A stretch of DNA of 32,000 nucleotides from Alkalilimnicola ehrlichii MLHE-1 (GTDB lineage Bacteria; Pseudomonadota; Gammaproteobacteria; Nitrococcales; Halorhodospiraceae). The notes beneath the pieces were generated by a model. That model searched no databases and was not told the DNA's origin. It saw nothing but the letters and a program-made list of their open reading frames with translations. Location: assembly GCF_000014785.1 (NCBI RefSeq), contig NC_008340.1:2430001-2462000 (forward strand), written 5' to 3'. Position numbers and translations under genes: made by a program. Every line of letters starts with the position of its first letter. Positions within the stretch are counted from its first letter, which is position 1. Of this stretch, positions 15,966-25,107 are shown piece by piece.

Positions 15966-16760
15966 TCAGCCGGAGGATTCCTCCAGCAAGCCGTGGCGGT
16001 TCGCCAGCAGGGCCAGTTGGGTCCGGTTGGAGACCCCGGTCAGGGCGAGGACCTGCGACACGTAAAGCTTGACCGTGTTCTCCGAGATCTGCAGGTGGTT
16101 GGCAATCTGGTAATTGCTGTGCCCCTTGGCGATCAGCTCGGTCACCTCGCGTTGCCGCTTGGTCAGCCGGGCGAAGCCTTCCACCAGCCCGCCCTGGACG
16201 CCCTCCTTCCCGCGGGTTGCCTGACCACCGCGCTGCCCCATAACGCTGCCCTTGATCTCCTCAAGGTCACTGGCCATGGTGCTCACCGAGGTCGCCACGG
16301 AATCGAGTTTCACCCCGATTTCGCCCCCGCCGCGGATTTCGCTCCGGCGATTGACCCGCTCAACCAGTTTTTCGACACATCGGGCCAGCTGGTCCAGATT
16401 GACCGGCTTTTGCAGGTATTCCCGGACACCACTGCGCAGCGCCGCAATGGCGTTGCTATGGGAGCCGTGGCCCGTCAATACCGCCACCTCGAACACCCGG
16501 TCGGCCTCAAACGAATCGATGAGCCAGCCAGCGAACGTAATCCCGTCCTCGCCCGGCATCTTGATATCGGTGATCACCACCTTGATGTCTTTACGCTCGA
16601 AGAACTTTTTCCGCGCCTCATCCGCTGAGGTCGCGCTCTCGCAATCGTAACCGAGCTCGGAGAGATATTCGACGATCTCCTCGACGATATACTTTTCATC
16701 ATCGACCACCAGAACCGCCACCGGTTCGGAGTGACTGTCTTCTCTTTGCATCACATCCAC
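15966..16760 (-). CDS. Two-component response regulator, REC + LuxR-type HTH
   Basis: VAVLVVDDEKYIVEEI, VVITDIKMPGEDG, YLQKPV; C-terminal LTKRQREVTELIAKGHSNYQIANHLQISENTVKLYVSQVL. Confidence 0.93.
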   Translation of the reverse strand: MDVMQREDSHSEPVAVLVVDDEKYIVEEIVEYLSELGYDCESATSADEARKKFFERKDIKVVITDIKMPGEDGITFAGWLIDSFEADRVFEVAVLTGHGSHSNAIAALRSGVREYLQKPVNLDQLARCVEKLVERVNRRSEIRGGGEIGVKLDSVATSVSTMASDLEEIKGSVMGQRGGQATRGKEGVQGGLVEGFARLTKRQREVTELIAKGHSNYQIANHLQISENTVKLYVSQVLALTGVSNRTQLALLANRHGLLEESSG

Positions 16761-16831
16761 TGTCGCACCTTCTAAAAAAGAAATGAACTACTGATTGGCG
16801 GGTGCCGACTGCGGCATCCGCTTCAACCGAC

Positions 16832-19336
16832 TCATAACGTCCGTTCTTCAACGGCGGGCAAATCGACCGTGAACTCCGCACCCGCATCGGTATTGCGTGC
16901 CGAAATCACGCCGCCCATGCTCTTTACGATCCCGAAACTGACCGAGAGTCCAAGCCCTGTCCCCTCACCGACCTCCTTGGTGGTAAAGAACGGGTCGAAC
17001 AGGTGACCCAAGGCGGCGTCACTGATCCCCGGCCCTGAGTCCTGGACACGTATGCGCAGCATTTCGCGCCCTCCATCGTCGTCAATGGACTCTAACTTTA
17101 GTGTAATCCATTCACCCTGTAAGTACTCCGCGTTACCCTGCTCCCGGGCCCGCTCCCTGATGGCATCCCGGCTGTTGATCATCAGGTTCAGCAACACCTG
17201 AACCAGTTGGTCCTGGTTACCCAGCACCTGGCAGGCTCCGCGGGCCCGATCCTCAAACGTCACCTGCAGGCCATTGCCGGTGAACTGCTCCTGGATCAGA
17301 ACCAGGGCATCCTCAATGGCGGCCACCACCGAGAACAATCGCGCTTCAGGATCGCTTTTCCGGCCAAAGACCCGCATCTGCTGGATGATGGCGGCGGCCC
17401 GCTCCACCTGGCCGATGATGCGGTCCAGCTTCTTGCCCACCTGTTCCAGGCCGGCCTCGCCCTTGGCTAGGTTGCGCCGGGCGTTGAACGACGCCATCTT
17501 GATGACATTCAGCGGCTGGTTGATCTCGTGCGCCACCCCCGTGGCCATTTCGCCCACGGTCGCCATCTTGGCCGCATGGATCAGCTTCTCCTGCGCGCTC
17601 TTGATCTCGGTGTTGTCGTGTCCCACCGCCTGCACCTCCAGCAGGTCGCCATCGTCGGAGAAGAACCCCCGCTCCGACCAGGTCACCCAGCGCACCCCCC
17701 GGCCCGGCACCTGCATTCTCAGCTCGTAGCTGATGATGGGCGACAACGGCGTCAACTGGCCCAGGCGGTCGCCGATACCAACGCGCTCCTCTTCCGGAAG
17801 CAGATCCAGCCAGGTAACCCCGTCCTGCTCCCCCTGCAACGGCTCAATGAACGACTCGAAAAAGGCCGTGTTATGAAAGACAATCCGGAAGTCCGTGGTG
17901 TAGCGGCAGATAAACGCCGGGGCATCGTCCACGATGGCCTTGTACCGGCGCTCGCTGTCCGCAATGGCCTGCTCAAGCTGCTGGCGCCGGGTCACATCCC
18001 AAAACATGCCCACGACGTTGCCCCCGCCCGCACTCTGGACACCCTCATAGACCCAACGGTACCCGCCGTCAGCGGTGCGCAGCCGGTAAATGGCCGAGAA
18101 CTGCCCTTCGCGCTGAAGCTGCTTCACCCGCTCCTTGATGATGGCCAAGTCCGCCGGGTGAGTCAGCGAGCTGAGGCGCTCCTGCGCCGGCAAATTCCGG
18201 ACGGCCTGCCCCAATAACCCCTCGGAGGAGGAGCTTACGTAATCAGGCAACAGGCGATGCCCCTCCAGCCGTGCCGAGTAGAAGGTAATCCCCGCCTTTT
18301 CGGCCACACTCTCCAGGGCATAGGCGCTCACCCGGTGGGCCTCCCGGGCCTCCACCTCCCCGGTGATCTCATACAGAACCGCCAGCACCCGGTCCTCCTG
18401 CGACCCGGACTCCCGCCGGAAGCGGAGCTGGTACCACCGTCGCCCCTGGCCCGTCCCGCGGGGATCAGAGACCGCCACCCGAACCTCCGATTCGAGCCCG
18501 ACGGCGCCCGCGGCCGCATCGCGAAAACCGCTGACCACCGGCGCCGCATCGGGCAACGCCCCTGCCCGTTCCAGTTGCGCCAGGTGCCCCTGGCCGGAGG
18601 GCGGCAGGCCCAGCACTCGGGTGGCGGGCCCGAACCACTGCAGGCGATCCGGTCCGGGCCACCAGACCAATTGCCCCAAGCCCCCCAGCGTGATCAGGCC
18701 CTGATAGCGCTCCGCCTCTCCTCGCCGCTCCTGCACCAGCCCCACCTGGGCGATGTAACCGGCGACCAGGCAGCCGACGGGCATCAGGCCGCGGGCCAGC
18801 GAGTCATCCCAGTCCTCCCGAATACCGGCTTGTTCCACCGCCAGCATGCCCAAAGGCCGGCCACCGCTCACCAGCGGGAAAAGCAGCAGCGAGCGCACCC
18901 GGCGCTCCGCCATCACCCCCTCGACGGTCTTGGGCAGGGGCACGGCCTGATCAATGCCACTGCGGTCCGGTTGGCGCAGCCAGACACCCGGACTGAGGGT
19001 ATCCAGCATCCGCTGCCAATCCCGGGTCTGTTCGTAGGCCCGCGGCGTTAACCGCTCGCTGGACTGGAGGGGCGGGTGCAGATGCCAGTGGACAGCCGAC
19101 TCCGGAAACCCCGAGATCTCGCCCTGATCCAAGTGAATAACGACGTGGTCCGCCTGAAGCGCCTGCCCCAGCACCCCAGCCAGGCGCCGCAAAGGGCCTG
19201 CACCGGTGGCGGGGGGCGCGAGCGAGAGCAAATGGGCACACTCCGAGACAATAGCCGACGCCCGGACGGATCCGTGCGCATAGTCCTCCCGCCAGGCCGA
19301 CGCCTGGTGAGGATGGCTGTCGTATGACTCGGGCAA
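16832..19336 (-). CDS. Sensor histidine kinase with N-terminal GAF-like and multiple PAS domains (no evident TM helices)
   Basis: AAKMATVGEMATGVAHEINQPLNVIKMAS H-box, NLMINSRDAI N-box, DSGPGI and GTGLGLSVSFGIV G-boxes. PAS/PAC segments such as YRLRTADGGYRWVYEG. Confidence 0.93.
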   Translation of the reverse strand: MPESYDSHPHQASAWREDYAHGSVRASAIVSECAHLLSLAPPATGAGPLRRLAGVLGQALQADHVVIHLDQGEISGFPESAVHWHLHPPLQSSERLTPRAYEQTRDWQRMLDTLSPGVWLRQPDRSGIDQAVPLPKTVEGVMAERRVRSLLLFPLVSGGRPLGMLAVEQAGIREDWDDSLARGLMPVGCLVAGYIAQVGLVQERRGEAERYQGLITLGGLGQLVWWPGPDRLQWFGPATRVLGLPPSGQGHLAQLERAGALPDAAPVVSGFRDAAAGAVGLESEVRVAVSDPRGTGQGRRWYQLRFRRESGSQEDRVLAVLYEITGEVEAREAHRVSAYALESVAEKAGITFYSARLEGHRLLPDYVSSSSEGLLGQAVRNLPAQERLSSLTHPADLAIIKERVKQLQREGQFSAIYRLRTADGGYRWVYEGVQSAGGGNVVGMFWDVTRRQQLEQAIADSERRYKAIVDDAPAFICRYTTDFRIVFHNTAFFESFIEPLQGEQDGVTWLDLLPEEERVGIGDRLGQLTPLSPIISYELRMQVPGRGVRWVTWSERGFFSDDGDLLEVQAVGHDNTEIKSAQEKLIHAAKMATVGEMATGVAHEINQPLNVIKMASFNARRNLAKGEAGLEQVGKKLDRIIGQVERAAAIIQQMRVFGRKSDPEARLFSVVAAIEDALVLIQEQFTGNGLQVTFEDRARGACQVLGNQDQLVQVLLNLMINSRDAIRERAREQGNAEYLQGEWITLKLESIDDDGGREMLRIRVQDSGPGISDAALGHLFDPFFTTKEVGEGTGLGLSVSFGIVKSMGGVISARNTDAGAEFTVDLPAVEERTL

Positions 19337-19406
19337 GGGTCAACCTCCGCGGTCGAGCAAACCGGCTGGGGCCTCCGACGGCCCCATCAGCCATGAGGGC
19401 CGGCGG

Positions 19407-19802
19407 CTACAACGACTTCAGGGCATCAGCGGCCTGGATCGCCTCCACCGCGGCGATCACGTCGTCGGGCGATACCGGTTTCTCCAGGAAATCGGTCACC
19501 CCCTTGCGAATCCCTTCGAGCGCGGCCTCCTTGGTCCCGTGACCGGTGATAATGATGATGCCGTGATAATCACCAAAATCCCTTCTCAGGGTGTTCAATA
19601 CAAAAAAACCATCCTGGATTGGCATCCGCAAGTCAAGTATGACGATGCGAATGCTCAAATCCTCACACAGGGTCTGAATGGCCCCCTGCCCATTATTAGC
19701 ATGCCAAACGTTATAACCCGCATCCTCCAACGCCTCGGTCAATTCCTCATGGACCAAGGCATCGTCATCGACCAACAGGACATTAGGCTGAATCATCACC
19801 AC
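19407..19802 (-). CDS. Single-domain (REC-only) response regulator
   Basis: MIQPNVLLVDDDALVHEELTEALEDAGYNVWHANNG...IVILDLRMPIQDGFFVLNTLRRD...IIIITGHGTKEAALEGIRKGVTDFLEKPVSPDDV. No output domain. Confidence 0.93.
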   Translation of the reverse strand: MVMIQPNVLLVDDDALVHEELTEALEDAGYNVWHANNGQGAIQTLCEDLSIRIVILDLRMPIQDGFFVLNTLRRDFGDYHGIIIITGHGTKEAALEGIRKGVTDFLEKPVSPDDVIAAVEAIQAADALKSL

Positions 19803-19816
19803 CCCTTACCAAGGTA

Positions 19817-20278
19817 TTAGAACTCTATACGGGTGCTGGCCTCCAGTGTCTCCGGCAACTGCGGGACAGCCCCGATTCCCGGAAACACCAGCGGCACGAC
19901 AAACGGCGCAGCCTGGTAATCATACGCCACCCGAACCGAAAGGACGTCTCCGGTCAGGGTGACCTCCACGTCGAAATCTCCGGGTGCCAGGGCCGTAAGG
20001 ACCGACTCCGACAGCAGGTCATTGGTGGCCTGTTTCGAATGCCCAATAACCGCATCCGGATAGGTGTCATATTGGCCGAAATCCGTCCGGGAGGGATCGA
20101 CCCGCAAGCCCACCCGCGCCCCTTCGGCCACTGCCATATTCATCTGTTGCACCAACAGCATCGGAAAGGTGTAGGAGACAATCGCGTAGAACACCGTGAA
20201 AAAGAGCAGGAAGACCAGGGCGAACTCTATGGCCGCCGCGCCGCGCTGCCTCCTGTTGCCACCCATCTGCACGCCCAT
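19817..20278 (-). CDS. TadE-like pseudopilin/pilus assembly protein (start MGVQMGGNRRQRGAAAIEFALVF)
   Basis: RQRGAAAIEFALVFLLFFTVFYAIVSY is the TadE N-terminal signature. Start trimmed so it no longer overlaps the upstream gene. Confidence 0.88.
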   Translation of the reverse strand: MGVQMGGNRRQRGAAAIEFALVFLLFFTVFYAIVSYTFPMLLVQQMNMAVAEGARVGLRVDPSRTDFGQYDTYPDAVIGHSKQATNDLLSESVLTALAPGDFDVEVTLTGDVLSVRVAYDYQAAPFVVPLVFPGIGAVPQLPETLEASTRIEF

Positions 20279-20337
20279 GATTCGCCTTTTTCGCCACCAC
20301 GATGCGGACCGGGATCGCCTTGACACTGGATTCACCG

Positions 20338-22149
20338 TCATCGGACCAGATCGACGCCGCCCTCAAGCAGCTCCACCACTTGGACGTCTAACCCTCCCAC
20401 GCCAACGCCAAGCATGCTCAGCAGCGGCTCCAGAATGACGCTCCCTAATAGCTGCAGCACGAGGGGTAATACCAGGCTCAGCAAGATCGCAACCACTTCA
20501 TTAACCAGCGCTTCCACCACGGCCGTGGTCAGTCCCAGCAACGTTGCGAGCACTCCCAAATCCTCGACCAGGGTGATCTCCACATCGATACTCTCGCCCA
20601 AGGTCTGTAACCCGTTCGCCAGTGCTCCGCCCAAGCCGCTGGCGACGGATTGCACCTCTGTAGGCAACGCCGCCCGGTCCTCAACCAGGAAATGAAGCGT
20701 TTCGCCGGCAGCAGGCTGAATCGGCGCGTTCGCAGCGAGCGCCAGGGTGGCAATGTGAATCCCCAAGGCCCTCACCTCGACCGCCACCGGTAACACCGAC
20801 GGGTCGGAGACAGCGATGTCATCAAACTCCCCCAGCTCCAGATTAGCAACCCCGGGCAGAGTGCCGACCGCCACCTCCGTGGCCCCGGGGGTGTCCGGAG
20901 GACAGCCAACCCCCTCAACCCAGGCGCTCCCTTGCGCCGCCTGCAGCGCCACCCCCAGGTCGACGTCGACCGCTGCGATACCCACATTCAATGATAGGTC
21001 CGCGGCGGCCTGGAGGCGCACCTGCGCGGTATCCACAATGGTCCGCCACTCCCCGTCGGGGCCCCGGCCGGGCGGGCCGATGACAATCTGCGGCGGCTCG
21101 ACAATCGTGGCCTTAACCCGGGCGTCAACATCTACCAGGTTCAGCAGATTCAGATCACTCAGTGGCAGGAGAACATCAAGCTCCACGGCGTGGTCCCGGG
21201 TTGCGGTCATCGCCGTGGTCATGATCAGGTCCAGCACATTGACTTGGGCGTCCAGGGCTGCGTCCGGATCCATGGAGGGGGCCTGGACCTGGAGGATGTC
21301 GGCAAGCTGCAGCTCCAGGTTTTCCACCCCGATGTTCAGGAGCTGGTTGCGCAGGACCGAGGCGTTCACGTCGAGGACACCCTCCCGTTCCACCGCCCGG
21401 ACGGCTGCCTCCAGCACATCCAGCAAACGCACATTTGCGGACAGCAGCTCATCGACCGTCGCGACACTGAGATCCACCCCCAGTACCGCCAGGTCCTGAG
21501 CCAACTGGAGCAGCGTCACTGAGGTATCCACCAGGCCGGCGAAGGCCACCGCGTCCAACTGCAGGTTGGTCCCCAGCAGACCGTTAAGCAGGGCATTGAG
21601 CAGGGGGGAGTTCTCGGTGTCCACCCGCGCGGCCCAGGAGCCGGCGGAGATCCCCACCAGCGGCATGCGCCGGGCCACCGCCTCGGCGCTCAGGGTGGCC
21701 TGCTGGCCAAACAGCCCCCCGAGGACCAAGCTCTGCGGCACCTCGTGCTCCACGTGCACCCGCGCCGCCTCCGGCACCACCCCGTGATGGCCTACATCCG
21801 GCATGGTCTCGAACACCCGGAGGACGCCGTCCTCCACCAGACGGCCCAGCAACAGCCCCTGCGCTCCTATGACGAGGTCATCACCCTGGTAGCCGTTGCG
21901 CTCCGCCACCGCCTGCGCCGTCTGTAGCGCCGATGCAGGATCCGCCGTGCAGCCGGTATGCTTCCAGGCCGTTTCCAGGGCCGTCGCATCGGCGATCCGC
22001 TGCAGGTTCCGCTGCTCCATATAGAGCCGGCCGGCATCCAGAGCCAGGGCCAGGAACACGACCACCACCACCAGCAGGAGGACCGCCGCCAGGCCGATCG
22101 CACCCCGCTGCCGCCCCGGACCGATTCCCTGTCCTTGCAGTCTCACCAT
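20338..22149 (-). CDS. TadG-like pilus assembly protein (start MVRLQGQGIGPGRQRGAIG)
   Basis: RQRGAIGLAAVLLLVVVVVFLALALDAGRLYMEQRNLQRIADATALETAW is the TadG N-terminal signature. Located in the tad cluster. Confidence 0.85.
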   Translation of the reverse strand: MVRLQGQGIGPGRQRGAIGLAAVLLLVVVVVFLALALDAGRLYMEQRNLQRIADATALETAWKHTGCTADPASALQTAQAVAERNGYQGDDLVIGAQGLLLGRLVEDGVLRVFETMPDVGHHGVVPEAARVHVEHEVPQSLVLGGLFGQQATLSAEAVARRMPLVGISAGSWAARVDTENSPLLNALLNGLLGTNLQLDAVAFAGLVDTSVTLLQLAQDLAVLGVDLSVATVDELLSANVRLLDVLEAAVRAVEREGVLDVNASVLRNQLLNIGVENLELQLADILQVQAPSMDPDAALDAQVNVLDLIMTTAMTATRDHAVELDVLLPLSDLNLLNLVDVDARVKATIVEPPQIVIGPPGRGPDGEWRTIVDTAQVRLQAAADLSLNVGIAAVDVDLGVALQAAQGSAWVEGVGCPPDTPGATEVAVGTLPGVANLELGEFDDIAVSDPSVLPVAVEVRALGIHIATLALAANAPIQPAAGETLHFLVEDRAALPTEVQSVASGLGGALANGLQTLGESIDVEITLVEDLGVLATLLGLTTAVVEALVNEVVAILLSLVLPLVLQLLGSVILEPLLSMLGVGVGGLDVQVVELLEGGVDLVR

Positions 22150-22177
22150 CAGGCTCCTGCGCGGGCGCCCGCGCCTT

Positions 22178-22495
22178 TTAGTCGACCCCGAAGGAGTCGC
22201 GGTCGAAATAGGTTTCGGGGATCGGGTGGGTGAAGCTGTCCAGATAACGCCGCAACGCACGGGTGCGGGCCGCCTCCGGCAGGCCCTGCACATAGGTCGA
22301 GGCCTGGTCACCGTCCCGCTGCAGCGCCAGCCAGGCACGGGTCTGCTCCCCCGCCCGTTCCGGGGACGACCGGACGGCCGACTCCGCTTCCTCCGCCGCC
22401 CCGTCGGCCAGTACCGGACCGGTTAGGAACAGCACCAGCACCGCCGGCCAGCACCAACGCCATCGCGGCTGTTCATTGACTCGCTGTGACATCAT
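22178..22495 (-). CDS. Small exported protein with a DUF3613-like pattern, Tad-cluster associated
   Basis: Signal peptide WCWPAVLVLFLTGPVLA; TRAWLALQRDGDQASTYVQGLPEAARTRALRRYLDSFTHPIPETY. Confidence 0.65.
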   Translation of the reverse strand: MMSQRVNEQPRWRWCWPAVLVLFLTGPVLADGAAEEAESAVRSSPERAGEQTRAWLALQRDGDQASTYVQGLPEAARTRALRRYLDSFTHPIPETYFDRDSFGVD

Positions 22496-22510
22496 GCAAG
22501 ACCTCGCTGA

Positions 22511-23272
22511 TCAATCGGAAGGCAACCCCAAGTCCGGGGCTTCGGATACGCCTTGGACCGGTTCCGTCACCCGCTCGCCCCGTTGCGCCCGGGCCCGCGC
22601 CTGCTCCAGGCGCGGCAGGCGCTCGTTGAGCCGGGCCACCAGGGTCTGGTCCACGTCGTAACGCTGCAGCAACGCATTCAGCCGGGGGATGTTGTCCTGG
22701 CTGAGATAGAGCAGCATCAGGTTTTCCAGTGGCTGCTCATGCCCCTCGCTCAACTCCAGGGCGCTGCGCAGCTCGAACTCCGCCTCGCTGTCCCGGCCCA
22801 GCATCAGGAGCACGAAGCCGTAGTCGTTGCGTACCTGGGCCACCCGGGGCAGATCGCGCCGGGCGGCGGCCAGTGCCTCGGCCGCGCGCGCATAATCGCC
22901 CTCCCGGATGGCCAGCACCCCCAGGCCATGGCGGGCCGCCCCCCGGAGGCAGGCGTCGTTCTCGACGGCGTGGAAATGGTCCCGCGCCTCCGCCCGCCCC
23001 ATCTGGCTGAGGATCTGCGCCTTGGCCAGCCGGATCTCGGCCGACCCGCCGCCCAGGCCATCCAGGTGTGCGAGGGCGGCATAGGCCTGCCCCCGGGCCA
23101 TCAGCTGCTCCGCCTCCTCCATGGCCATGCGCTGCTCCGGGTCCAGGTCGGACCGGCATTCGCCCGCCCCGGGGCGGGCGTCGTCCGCGTTCGGGCCCAG
23201 CGCCGCACAGCCGGAGAGCAGCAGCGCCGCCCCCAGCCCTGTGAGCCATTGTCGAAAGTCAGTCACCCACAC
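22511..23272 (-). CDS. TadD-like TPR lipoprotein
   Basis: Lipobox LLLSGCAAL; TPR repeats (VRNDYGFVLLMLGRDSEAEFELRSALELSEGHEQPLENLMLLYLSQDNIPRLNALLQRY). Position in tad cluster. Confidence 0.82.
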   Translation of the reverse strand: MWVTDFRQWLTGLGAALLLSGCAALGPNADDARPGAGECRSDLDPEQRMAMEEAEQLMARGQAYAALAHLDGLGGGSAEIRLAKAQILSQMGRAEARDHFHAVENDACLRGAARHGLGVLAIREGDYARAAEALAAARRDLPRVAQVRNDYGFVLLMLGRDSEAEFELRSALELSEGHEQPLENLMLLYLSQDNIPRLNALLQRYDVDQTLVARLNERLPRLEQARARAQRGERVTEPVQGVSEAPDLGLPSD

Positions 23273-24197
23273 CTCCCAGGGCCCCTACCAGACTGATGAG
23301 CCCGGGCGCTGCCAGGACGACCAGCAGGGCGGGGAAGAGAAACAGCATCATCACCACGCTCATCTTGGCCGACATCTTGGTGACCTTCTCCTGGGTCCGG
23401 GTACGCTGCCGGTCGTTGATCAACTCCGCCAGCCGGGTCAGCGGCTCATCCACATTGCCGCCCTGCTCCACCACCTGCTTCAAGATCAACACCGTATCGT
23501 CCAGCTCCGGTACCTCCAGGTCCCGGGCCAGGCCATCGAGCACCTCCACCAGACCCTCACCACTCCGGGCCCGGTTCAGGGCCAGGTCGAGCTCCCGGCT
23601 CAGGTCCGGCATCAGCTCCCGGCCCTCCACCGCCACCATGCCCAGGGCATGCTGCACCGACTGGCCGGAATCCAGCAGCATGCGCAGGATCTGCACGGCC
23701 GTCGTCACCTGTTCACCGATGCGCATCTGGCGCGCCGAGGCGAGACCGGCCACCACCCGCTTGGGCAGGAACAGCGCGGCCAGGCCCAGCAACGCCAGCA
23801 GTCCGACATCCTCACCGGTCAAGGCCCCGCGGCTGATCCAGACAAAGCCCAGCCCGCCGGCCACCACCACCCAGGGCAGCGCCTGGACCAGCAGGGCCAC
23901 CGCCGCCCGGTCTCCGGCCCGCCGCAGACCCCACTGCCGAAGGCGGCGCGCCAAGACCGGGTCCTGCGCGAGGGCTGGGGCGGCCCCGCGTCCGGCCGCC
24001 AACCGGCGCCAGAGGGTGTGCGCGCCGGATCGCCCGTCCACCGGTTCATCCCAATCCCGCCCGCCGCCCCGGGCGGTGCCCATCAGCCGGCCCTCCACAC
24101 GGCCGTACTCCTGTGAGCGGCGCCACAGGGGCCAGACCACCAAGGCCAACCCGGCCGCGAACAACACCAGGGAGGCAACGAACAGCCAGACCATCAT
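23259..24197 (-). CDS. tadC: TadC-like type II secretion system F domain protein
   Basis: GQSVQHALGMVAVEGRELMPDLSRELDLALNRARSGEGLVEVLDGLARDLEVPELDDTVLILKQVVEQGGNVDEPLTRLAELINDRQRTRTQEKVTKMSAKMSVVMMLFLFPALLVVLAAPG. Confidence 0.92.
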   Translation of the reverse strand: MMVWLFVASLVLFAAGLALVVWPLWRRSQEYGRVEGRLMGTARGGGRDWDEPVDGRSGAHTLWRRLAAGRGAAPALAQDPVLARRLRQWGLRRAGDRAAVALLVQALPWVVVAGGLGFVWISRGALTGEDVGLLALLGLAALFLPKRVVAGLASARQMRIGEQVTTAVQILRMLLDSGQSVQHALGMVAVEGRELMPDLSRELDLALNRARSGEGLVEVLDGLARDLEVPELDDTVLILKQVVEQGGNVDEPLTRLAELINDRQRTRTQEKVTKMSAKMSVVMMLFLFPALLVVLAAPGLISLVGALGGVGD

Positions 24198-24213
24198 GCC
24201 GGCGCTCCCCCTG

Positions 24214-25098
24214 TCATAACGATTTCACCATGCGCCAGATCAAGAAGATGCCAAGCACTTGCCAGGCCATGGCCCCACCCAGCAGCCAGACGCCCACGGT
24301 GGATTCCAGCATGGTCGCGTAGTAGTCCGGGTTCATCATCACCGTGTAACCCCCGACCCCCACCGGCAGTATGGCCAGAACGCCAGCGCTGATACGGGTC
24401 TCGCCGGTCATTGCCTTCAGTTCCCGGCGGGCACGCTCCCGTTGGCGCAGCAGAGTGACCACCTGCTCCATCAACTGGATGGCGCTGCCGCCGTAGCGCA
24501 GGTTGATACGGACGCCGATGGCCACCAGCTGCAGGGCGTCCACCCGGTAGATATCGGCGGCCCCCTGCAGGGCATCGCTGAGGCTTGCACCCATATCCAC
24601 CTCCCGCTGGACCCGCTGCATGACCTCGGCCACCGGCGGGCGCATCTCCCGGGTGGCGGCCGCCACCGCCACCGACAGGGTGCGCCCGGCCTGCAGGCTG
24701 CGGATGATGTGCTCGACGAAGCCGGGCAACTGGGCCTCCATCGCCCGGAGCCGCCGCTGGCCGCGCCAGTAGACCACCAGGTAGGCCGCCGCCAGGGCAA
24801 TCAGGAGGCTGACGACCCCGCCCCGGGCCCCGGCGATATACACCCCCGCCAGACCGACCAACAGCAGCACCGCCAGGGCAACGTAAAGGCCGCTGATCCG
24901 GCCGGAGAACCCGGCCCGCATCAGGAAACGGGTCAATACCCCCCGTCGCGGTAGGCTCCGGGGGGCCGCCACGAACTCATCGATCCGCTCATCGACGGTC
25001 TCCAGGTCCCGCCTCCGGCTGGCGAGGTACAGCAGCACACTCCCGGTCGCCGCCAGACCGAGGGCCAGCACCAGCAGGATGTAACGCTCCGCTACCAT
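24214..25098 (-). CDS. tadB: TadB-like type II secretion system F domain protein
   Basis: LPGFVEHIIRSLQAGRTLSVAVAAATREMRPPVAEVMQRVQREVDMGASLSDALQGAADIYRVDALQLVAIGVRINLRYGGSAIQLMEQVVTLLRQRERARRELKAMTGETRISAGVLAILP. Confidence 0.92.
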   Translation of the reverse strand: MVAERYILLVLALGLAATGSVLLYLASRRRDLETVDERIDEFVAAPRSLPRRGVLTRFLMRAGFSGRISGLYVALAVLLLVGLAGVYIAGARGGVVSLLIALAAAYLVVYWRGQRRLRAMEAQLPGFVEHIIRSLQAGRTLSVAVAAATREMRPPVAEVMQRVQREVDMGASLSDALQGAADIYRVDALQLVAIGVRINLRYGGSAIQLMEQVVTLLRQRERARRELKAMTGETRISAGVLAILPVGVGGYTVMMNPDYYATMLESTVGVWLLGGAMAWQVLGIFLIWRMVKSL

Positions 25099-25107
25099 GA
25101 CCGGGCC

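Noticed and set aside
20338-22338. Full 666-aa ORF and the 5' extension of tadE to 20341
   Set aside because: The first 63 codons of 20338..22338 overlap the 22178..22495 gene and are Arg/Pro-rich. The TadG-like start at 22149 is supported by the conserved N-terminus. Likewise TadE starts at 20278.
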